Source: Promethearchaeia archaeon (GTDB lineage Archaea > Asgardarchaeota > Lokiarchaeia > Sigyniarchaeales > SOKP01). From it: a stretch of 64,000 bases of DNA. Position numbers and translations under genes: made by a program. The notes under the pieces were generated by a model. It was not told where the DNA came from, made no database searches, and saw only the letters and a program-made list of their open reading frames with translations. Shown piece by piece: positions 57,209-64,000 of the stretch (positions are counted from its first letter, which is position 1; every line of letters begins with the position of its first letter). The DNA is taken from assembly GCA_029856145.1 (NCBI GenBank), contig JAHQWK010000004.1:32001-96000 (forward strand). Direction: 5' to 3'.

Positions 57209-59659
57209 ATGGTGTCATATTTGACTTCAGAACAAATAGAAGAAATTTTATTAAAAGATGAAATGCAAAGCAGCTACATCGACTATGCTATGTCTGTGGT
57301 CGTTGGGCGTGCAATCCCGGATGTTAGGGATGGTTTGAAACCTGTACATCGAAGGATCATATATGCTATGGCAGCAAATAATTGGTATTATACAAGTTCT
57401 CATGTTAAATGTGCCAAAATTGTGGGTGAAACTCTCGGTAACTATCACCCTCACGGTGATATGTCTGTTTATAATGCACTTGTTAGAATGGGACAGGATT
57501 TCTCCTTAAGATATCCTTTAATCCATCCACAGGGGAATTTCGGATCTATAGATGGGGATCCTCCAGCAGCCTATAGATATACAGAAGCAAGATTATCTCA
57601 AATCTCAAATGAATTGATTGAAGATCTTGATAAAGAGACTGTAGAGTTTCAACCTAATTTTGATAATAGTACCTCTGAACCATTATGTTTACCAGCAAAA
57701 CTTCCGAATATTTTATTGAATGGTACTAAGGGAATCGCTGTAGGAATGGCAACGTCTATGGCACCACATAATTTAACGGAAGTTTGTAATGGGATAATAG
57801 CAACAATAGATGATCCTGATATTTCAATAGAAGAATTAATGGAAATCATAAAAGGTCCTGATTTTCCAACAGGAGGAATTATTACTGACACAAATGGAAT
57901 CTACAATGCATATCATACTGGAAATGGGGCTATAAATATTAGTGGTAAAATAGAGACTGAAACAACAACAAAAAAGACCAGTTTAATCATTACTGAAATT
58001 CCCTATTTAGTTAATAAAACAGCTTTAATTGAATCTATCGCTAAATTAATAAAGGATGGAGTAATTAAGGATATTAGAGATTTGCGTGATGAATCAGATA
58101 GAAAAGGAATGCGCATTGTATTAGATTTATCTAAAAAAGCTCAACCTGTTATAATAAAGAATATTCTCTTTAAAAGGACTAGACTTCTAACAACATTTAA
58201 TATAACTAATCTAGTTCTGGTTAATGATGGTAAGCAACCAAAAATTCTCAATCTAAAAGAAATTATTATTGAATATATTGAACATCGATTAGTTATCATT
58301 CAAAAAAGAACCGAATATCTCCTAAAAAAGGCAAAAGATCGACTTCATAGAGTTGAAGGTCTTTTAATTGCGTTAAATGATATTGATAATGTAGTGAATA
58401 TAATCAAAAGTTCGAAAGACACTAAAGAAGCTAAAAATAAGTTAAAAGTAACTTATAAATTAAGTGATATTCAAGTTCAATCTATTTTAAGTATGCCTCT
58501 ATCTCGATTAACAAATTTAGAGCAACAAAAGTTAGTAGATGAACAAAAATCGTTACATACTAGTATTGAAGATTATAATAAAATTCTGAAAGAACAACAG
58601 GTTCGTTTAGATATAATTAAAAACGATTTAATCGAATTAAACAAAAAGTACGGAGATGAAAGAAGGACTGAAATTAAAATGGTGGAATATCATGAAATCA
58701 AAGAAATTGAAAAGATAGATTTAGTTAAAAAAGAAACCACCATTGTTATTTTTACTAAAAATCAGTATATCAAAAGAATCTCTTTACAGGAATATCAAGC
58801 TCAAAGACGTGGAGGTCGCGGGAAAAGAGGCATGACTGTTCGCGAAGAAGATTTTATTACAGATTTATTTGTATGTACAACTCATGATACAATTTTGATA
58901 TTTACTTCGAAAGGAAGGGTATATTCGATTAGATGCTTTCAGATACCACTACAAAAACGAACTGCTCGAGGAAAACCAATTATTAACTTTATACCTTTGC
59001 AATCAGGTGAAAATATTTCTGCTATGATACCAATTAATAATTTCAATACTAATGAAATGTTGATTATGACTACAAAAAAGGGAATTATCAAAAAGACTCC
59101 ATTAAAACTATTCTCAAAATTTAGGAGTACAGGAGTAAGGGCTCAAAGAATTAGACCTAATGACGCATTAATAAGCGTTAAAAGACTCTCAAATGAACTT
59201 CAAGATATCTTTATAGCCACCAAATTAGGATATGCTGTTAGGTTTGATGAATCAGAATTAAGAGAATTAGGCCGTAATTCTATGGGAGTAAAAGGAGCAG
59301 AGTTAAGAGAGAATGATGAAGTGATTGATACCCTTCTTGTATCTGATGATAAAATAATATTAACTATCACTCAAAGTGCTTATGGTCAAAGAACATACGT
59401 TAAGGAATATCGTAAAACTGGCAGGGGTGCTAAGGGTGTCAAGAATATCTCATTGAATAAAGCTAAAAATGATGAGGTTATTGCTATTAAAATTGCTAAA
59501 CATATGGATTTATTAATTGGAACTGAACAAGGACAAATGATAAGGGTACCTGTTGATTCAATAAGAATTACACATAGGACTGCTAAAGGTGTTAGAGTTA
59601 TCAAATTATATGAAAAAGATTTCGTTGTAGCAATTGGAAAGTGTAAACAAGAACCTTAA
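57209..59659 (+). CDS. gyrA: DNA gyrase subunit A
   Basis: YAMSV, DGLKPV.RR, YHPHGD, AAYRYTE, GyrA-box QRRGGRG, C-terminal pinwheel repeats. Confidence 0.97.
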   Translation: MVSYLTSEQIEEILLKDEMQSSYIDYAMSVVVGRAIPDVRDGLKPVHRRIIYAMAANNWYYTSSHVKCAKIVGETLGNYHPHGDMSVYNALVRMGQDFSLRYPLIHPQGNFGSIDGDPPAAYRYTEARLSQISNELIEDLDKETVEFQPNFDNSTSEPLCLPAKLPNILLNGTKGIAVGMATSMAPHNLTEVCNGIIATIDDPDISIEELMEIIKGPDFPTGGIITDTNGIYNAYHTGNGAINISGKIETETTTKKTSLIITEIPYLVNKTALIESIAKLIKDGVIKDIRDLRDESDRKGMRIVLDLSKKAQPVIIKNILFKRTRLLTTFNITNLVLVNDGKQPKILNLKEIIIEYIEHRLVIIQKRTEYLLKKAKDRLHRVEGLLIALNDIDNVVNIIKSSKDTKEAKNKLKVTYKLSDIQVQSILSMPLSRLTNLEQQKLVDEQKSLHTSIEDYNKILKEQQVRLDIIKNDLIELNKKYGDERRTEIKMVEYHEIKEIEKIDLVKKETTIVIFTKNQYIKRISLQEYQAQRRGGRGKRGMTVREEDFITDLFVCTTHDTILIFTSKGRVYSIRCFQIPLQKRTARGKPIINFIPLQSGENISAMIPINNFNTNEMLIMTTKKGIIKKTPLKLFSKFRSTGVRAQRIRPNDALISVKRLSNELQDIFIATKLGYAVRFDESELRELGRNSMGVKGAELRENDEVIDTLLVSDDKIILTITQSAYGQRTYVKEYRKTGRGAKGVKNISLNKAKNDEVIAIKIAKHMDLLIGTEQGQMIRVPVDSIRITHRTAKGVRVIKLYEKDFVVAIGKCKQEP

Positions 59660-59664
59660 TAAAT

Positions 59665-60030
59665 TCAATTCTTATTCTTAAGATATGGAATAAGACACAG
59701 AAAAATAAGACTACCTTTTCCAATATTATCTATCCCATGCTTTTCATTAGGTGGAATATAGATAAAATCTCCTTCACTTGTAATTTCAACTTTTCCTTTA
59801 TCATTATAAAATTTTCCGTTTCCCTCTAATATATAAATTTCATGCTCTTCGGGATGATTATGGAGGGGAACACCTAAATCCCCTGGTTTAACTTCAATTC
59901 GTCTCATTGCGAAATTCTTAGCACCTATATTTTCATCAATTAGCCATCTAATGTAAATCCCATCTACTTTTGTACCATCAGTTAGTACCGCTTCCTTTTC
60001 TTCTACATCCTTATAATTCTTTTTTAACAT
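59665..60030 (-). CDS. Cupin domain protein
   Basis: PLHNHPEEHEIYILEG, GD.IYIPPNEKH. Confidence 0.9.
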   Translation of the reverse strand: MLKKNYKDVEEKEAVLTDGTKVDGIYIRWLIDENIGAKNFAMRRIEVKPGDLGVPLHNHPEEHEIYILEGNGKFYNDKGKVEITSEGDFIYIPPNEKHGIDNIGKGSLIFLCLIPYLKNKN

Positions 60031-60164
60031 AAATAAATTAAATTTCTTACAATATTAAAAGTATAGCTTGTCGTTTTTTATATGAAAGTTTTATATAGAA
60101 AAGAAAATTAATTTCTTTTATTAAATTATAAGCGAATTTCACTCAATTTTGGACGGTCAATAAA

Positions 60165-61535
60165 ATGGACCTTAAAGAAATTTTAGATCAGATCCCAGAA
60201 TATCAAGAATTCATGACTATTGCTGAACTGGATGCTTCTAGTAAGAATTTAGCAAGGGAATTTGAAAATGTTGAACTGAAAGAAATTGGAAAATCACGAG
60301 AGAGCCGAACAATTTATTGTCTAAAAATCGGAGCAGGAGAAAAAAATGCGCTTCTCTTTGCATTTCCACATCCTAATGAACCAATAGGCAGTATGAGTTT
60401 AGAGTTTTTATCATGTTTTTTAGCAAAGAATCCTGATTTTACAAAAGAAACAGGGTATACCTGGTATTTAATCAAAGCAATCGACATCGATGGTGCGATT
60501 CTTAATGAAGGATGGTTTAAAGGAGAATACAATCCATTAAAATATGCTAAGAATTATTATAGACCTGCGACCTTCGAACAAGTTGAATGGACATTTCCAG
60601 TTAAATACAAAAAACTTAGCTTTAACTCCCCCTTACCAGAAACGAGAGTCTTAATGGAATTATTGAATAATTTAAAGCCTAAATTTATGTACAGTCTTCA
60701 CAATTCTAGTTTTGGCGGAGTTTACTTCTTAATATCACACGAAAAAGGAAATTTGTATATCGATTTAGTTAATTTTGTTACCAGAGAAAATTTACCTTTG
60801 CATTTAGGAGAACCTGAATTATCCTCTATGAAAAAATTACATGATGGGATCTTTCAATCAACTGGAATTCAAGAGTTATATGATTCTTTAGAAGCTGAAG
60901 GTATAGAAAATCCTCAACAGGTCCTTAAGATGGGAACAAGTTCGTTTGATTACCTTAAAAATTTTACAGACGAAGAACATTTTTCTTTCACTTGTGAAAT
61001 TCCTTATTTCTATGATAACCGTATAGGAGATAGATCTCTAACTGAATTAGAAAGGAAAGATCTGCGTTTAGAATCATTAGAATACATAAAAAAAATTTAT
61101 ATACATTCAAAGAAGATATTTAGATCAATAAGAAAATATTGTAATAAGAATACACGAATTTATACAGTTGTAGAGAATTACCTTTGGAGAAGAGGATCAG
61201 CACTTAACCTTCAAATTCATGAAGCAAAAACCTCCTCTTATTATGATGGGAAAGCCACAGTAGCTCAAACATTTGACTTAAATGTATCAAAAAGGTGGTA
61301 TGATTTGCTGTATTGTTCAATGATTTCGAGATTATGCAATGAAGCAATTTCGAATCATCCAGAAAATGAAGTGGAACTTACTATAGTTAAAAAGAACTTC
61401 GAGAGCTGGATTGAACAAAATATTAAAGAATTATTAAGTAAAACTAAATTTGAGGTTATTCCCATCCAAAAATTAGTCCGCATTCAAATCGGAAGTGCAT
61501 TTATTACTTTAGAAAACTTATCACTGAATAAATAG
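60165..61535 (+). CDS. M14-like zinc carboxypeptidase family protein
   Basis: IG.SRE.R, HPNEP.G, PET, SLHN, E.PY. Confidence 0.85.
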   Translation: MDLKEILDQIPEYQEFMTIAELDASSKNLAREFENVELKEIGKSRESRTIYCLKIGAGEKNALLFAFPHPNEPIGSMSLEFLSCFLAKNPDFTKETGYTWYLIKAIDIDGAILNEGWFKGEYNPLKYAKNYYRPATFEQVEWTFPVKYKKLSFNSPLPETRVLMELLNNLKPKFMYSLHNSSFGGVYFLISHEKGNLYIDLVNFVTRENLPLHLGEPELSSMKKLHDGIFQSTGIQELYDSLEAEGIENPQQVLKMGTSSFDYLKNFTDEEHFSFTCEIPYFYDNRIGDRSLTELERKDLRLESLEYIKKIYIHSKKIFRSIRKYCNKNTRIYTVVENYLWRRGSALNLQIHEAKTSSYYDGKATVAQTFDLNVSKRWYDLLYCSMISRLCNEAISNHPENEVELTIVKKNFESWIEQNIKELLSKTKFEVIPIQKLVRIQIGSAFITLENLSLNK

Positions 61536-61585
61536 TAAAGATTATTACTTAGATGATTAAATAATTAGATATTAATAAATCAATA

Positions 61586-62530
61586 ATGTTTAATAAAAAA
61601 ATGGCTTTAAAAAAAATAGGGTTAGATCACTCCCATAATAATAAACTAACCATTGAAAATAATGCGTTCACTGATTTTATTCAATATTTCTTTGATTCAG
61701 ACTTTAAATTGGGAAAAATTGAAGCAGGGGTAACACATGATAAGCTAAAGAAGTATGATCTTTTTATAATCGGAGTTCCTCATTTAGGGCCAGATTTAGA
61801 TTCAGATGAAATTGAGGATTTAGTTAGATATGTTAAGGATGGGGGAAGCCTCCTTATAATAAATGATGGAGGTGGCGACTATGAAAATAAGAATAACCTA
61901 TCTGAATTAACCAAGAATTTTGGGTTCCAATTTAATTCTGATAAATTATTTGATAATAAAGATTTCTCAAAAGACAATTCCCATCCAATTATCAAGGATT
62001 TTAAAAGTCACTTTATTACAAGAGACATTTCAAAAATTATTCATTCTAATGGTTGTACTTTAACAGTAGATAAATCTATCGAAAATGATAAAATTGATGT
62101 TAACAGTATAGCATTTTCATCTGAAAATACTTCATGGCATACCTATTTTAATGGAGAAGAGTGGCAGGATAAATCAGAACAGCACCTTCCAATCATAGGT
62201 GCTATACATTATGAATTAGGAAAAGTTGTCGTCATTGGTAATCTCTCTATATTTTCAAGTTTAAGTAAATCTTATGGTATAAGGTCTGCTGAAAATTTTA
62301 AACTAGTTACAAATATAATTTCCTGGCTATTAAATAAGGTTGGTTCAGAAGAGGAACAATCATTAAAACCAATTTTTACATCTATTGCTATTGAGCAAGA
62401 TCTATTTTATTGGATACAAGAAATATTGAAAAAAGGAAAATGGAAAAATCTGAATGACCTTATTAATTTTGCCTTAAAAGTGACTAAGATTAGATTGAAA
62501 GAAGCTGAAAAGGATGATCAAGACCAATAA
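61586..62530 (+). CDS. GIFT (GldG/IFT52-like, DUF4350) domain protein with a C-terminal RHH-like segment
   Basis: D.SH, YDLFIIG.P, EIE.L..YV..GGSLLI, N.L...FG..FNSD, HPI, GKVVVIG..IFS, N..L..NI..WL; C-terminal TSIAIEQDL...N.NDLINFAL. Confidence 0.7.
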   Translation: MFNKKMALKKIGLDHSHNNKLTIENNAFTDFIQYFFDSDFKLGKIEAGVTHDKLKKYDLFIIGVPHLGPDLDSDEIEDLVRYVKDGGSLLIINDGGGDYENKNNLSELTKNFGFQFNSDKLFDNKDFSKDNSHPIIKDFKSHFITRDISKIIHSNGCTLTVDKSIENDKIDVNSIAFSSENTSWHTYFNGEEWQDKSEQHLPIIGAIHYELGKVVVIGNLSIFSSLSKSYGIRSAENFKLVTNIISWLLNKVGSEEEQSLKPIFTSIAIEQDLFYWIQEILKKGKWKNLNDLINFALKVTKIRLKEAEKDDQDQ

Positions 62531-63044
62531 AGAAGAATTATTAATTGGGCTTATCGGAGATACTCATATTCCATCACGAGGACCAAACATCCCACAAATC
62601 ATAATAAATGAATTTCAAGAAAAGAAAATTGATTATCTATTTCATGTGGGAGATTTTACAAGCTATAAAGTATATGAAAAACTTCAAAACATTTTTGGAC
62701 AGGAGAAGGTTATTGGAATTGTTGGGAATATGGATGACTCAAAAATTTCTAAAAAATTACCAAATAAAATAGAATTAGATTTATACGGACATAAAATCTT
62801 TATAACACATGGAGCCGGTGGACCGGACGATATTATTGAACGCTTAAACAGAAGATTTGATTTATCCAAATATGATATCATAATTTTTGGCCATGTTCAC
62901 AAGCCTTTCAATGAAAAATGGAGAGATGGAAAGTTATATATTAGCCCAGGCACGCCTACCGACAAAAGATTTACTGATATTAACTCTTATGGATACCTAA
63001 AAATATCTCAAGATAAAGTAGAGCCGAAAATTATTTTTTTATAA
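62514..63044 (+). CDS. Metallophosphoesterase (YfcE/MJ0936 family)
   Basis: GDTH, HVGD, GNMD, THG, GHVH, SPG. Confidence 0.92.
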   Translation: MIKTNKEELLIGLIGDTHIPSRGPNIPQIIINEFQEKKIDYLFHVGDFTSYKVYEKLQNIFGQEKVIGIVGNMDDSKISKKLPNKIELDLYGHKIFITHGAGGPDDIIERLNRRFDLSKYDIIIFGHVHKPFNEKWRDGKLYISPGTPTDKRFTDINSYGYLKISQDKVEPKIIFL

Positions 63045-63075
63045 CTGAAAAATTATTTAAAAGTCTTATTAAAGT

Positions 63076-63507
63076 ATGAATTCTGTAAAATCTTCTTTTA
63101 AAATGAAGTATAGTGATATTCAACCCAGTCAATTATACATTAGTAAGAAAAAACTATCAAAAATAAAAGAGAAATTCAATTCAAAAGATCTTTCAACATT
63201 AGAAGCAATCCCTATTAAAAAAATTGGAAAAGAGATTTTTTATACAGATGGACATACAAGGGCGTTTGCTGCATATCAGGCAGGTTTTAAAGAAATTCCT
63301 GTAATTTGGGAGGATGAAGAATTAGATTGGGAAATGTATCAAATTTGTATAAAGTGGTGTAAAGATGCAGGAATATCTTCTATTGCAGATTTAAGTGAAA
63401 GAATAATTGATCAAAAAGAGTATGAAATTCTATGGTACAAGCGGTGTGATGATCTACATAAAGATTTAAAAATAAAGCGAGCTAAGAAAAAGAATTTCAA
63501 AACTTAA
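63076..63507 (+). CDS. ParB/sulfiredoxin-like domain protein
   Basis: IQPSQLYIS, TDGHTRA. Confidence 0.7.
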   Translation: MNSVKSSFKMKYSDIQPSQLYISKKKLSKIKEKFNSKDLSTLEAIPIKKIGKEIFYTDGHTRAFAAYQAGFKEIPVIWEDEELDWEMYQICIKWCKDAGISSIADLSERIIDQKEYEILWYKRCDDLHKDLKIKRAKKKNFKT

Positions 63508-63543
63508 CAAAAATACTAGTAAAATTTATTTAAAAAGGTTAGA

Positions 63544-63999
63544 TTAAGCAGTTTCTATCGTCTTTCCTGAAAGCTTCTTGTAATGATTGAGAACTGCTTG
63601 ACGAGCTGCATATACGAAAGCTCTCTTGACATTTACTCCTTGTATTGCTATTGTCTCGTAAATTAACACATGATTCAATTTTGCTGTATCTAATGTTTGA
63701 CGTATTTTTGAGATTTCCACAATATCCTCTAAATCGCGCTTATTAGCAAGAGCTACTGTTGGTACTTCTGGAGGGGCAAAAGCTTCTGGAGGTATGAGTT
63801 TATCACCATAAAATCGGAGTAATTCTTTAAGAGACCAAATATTCTCGCTCCACTGGTCTATCAATGAATCCCATGTAAAAATAATAGCATCCGTGCCTCT
63901 GAGAACAGTCTGACGTTGGAATTTATGACGTCTCTGACCAGCGACCGTATAAACTTGAAAAACTACATTAGAAACGCGGGCAACGACTCGGTCAAAAAA
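63544..63999 (-). CDS. MglA-like small GTPase, 5'-truncated by the window edge
   Basis: Frame open to the window end: FFDRVVARVSNVVFQVYTVAGQRRHKFQRQTVLRGTDAIIFTWDS...ANKRD...ETIA; FFD and YTVxGQ are MglA-type motifs. Confidence 0.85.
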   Translation of the reverse strand, partial: FFDRVVARVSNVVFQVYTVAGQRRHKFQRQTVLRGTDAIIFTWDSLIDQWSENIWSLKELLRFYGDKLIPPEAFAPPEVPTVALANKRDLEDIVEISKIRQTLDTAKLNHVLIYETIAIQGVNVKRAFVYAARQAVLNHYKKLSGKTIETA

Positions 64000-64000
64000 C

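Noticed and set aside
62514-63044. Vps29 (retromer) ortholog
   Set aside because: Full metal-binding motifs and general features match the widespread YfcE/MJ0936 family; nothing Vps29-specific is visible
1-64000. Many 60-140-aa ORFs antisense to or nested in long genes (e.g. 1158-1478, 21328-21750, 38856-39215, 43116-43433); CRISPR arrays, rRNA, transposases
   Set aside because: The shadow ORFs lack motifs and overlap well-supported genes; no repeat-spacer array, rRNA-like segment or transposase was seen

Overview
AT-rich archaeal chromosomal segment, most likely from an Asgard archaeon of the Lokiarchaeia type. This is inferred from aCPSF1, an intron-containing tRNA, an EF-2 paralog lacking the diphthamide HRG motif, gelsolin-, longin-, roadblock- and PCI/WH-domain proteins, an MglA-like GTPase and gyrBA. 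The main feature is a 13.6-kb co-oriented chemosensory cluster (3908-17555): cheW, cheY, cheA, a cheW-cheC-cheC fusion, an internally deleted cheR, cheB, cheD, cheC and a second cheB. No chemoreceptor, cheF or archaellum gene is visible in the window. Instead the cluster embeds a gelsolin-domain protein, a longin-like protein and two unknown cytoplasmic proteins, which suggests a Che pathway wired to actin or membrane dynamics (inference). The rest is mostly housekeeping (purN, aCPSF1, gatAB, asnS, folP, cofE-like, gyrBA, two tRNAs). Other notable points: two long intergenic hairpins, a tRNA-Gln with C33 facing an intron A, two coiled-coil paralogs that appear to start at AUU, an unannotated 57-aa Cys-rich protein, a UFL1/DDRGK1-like WH-repeat protein and a Par14-like parvulin. 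All family assignments are by-eye motif recognition; no searches were run.
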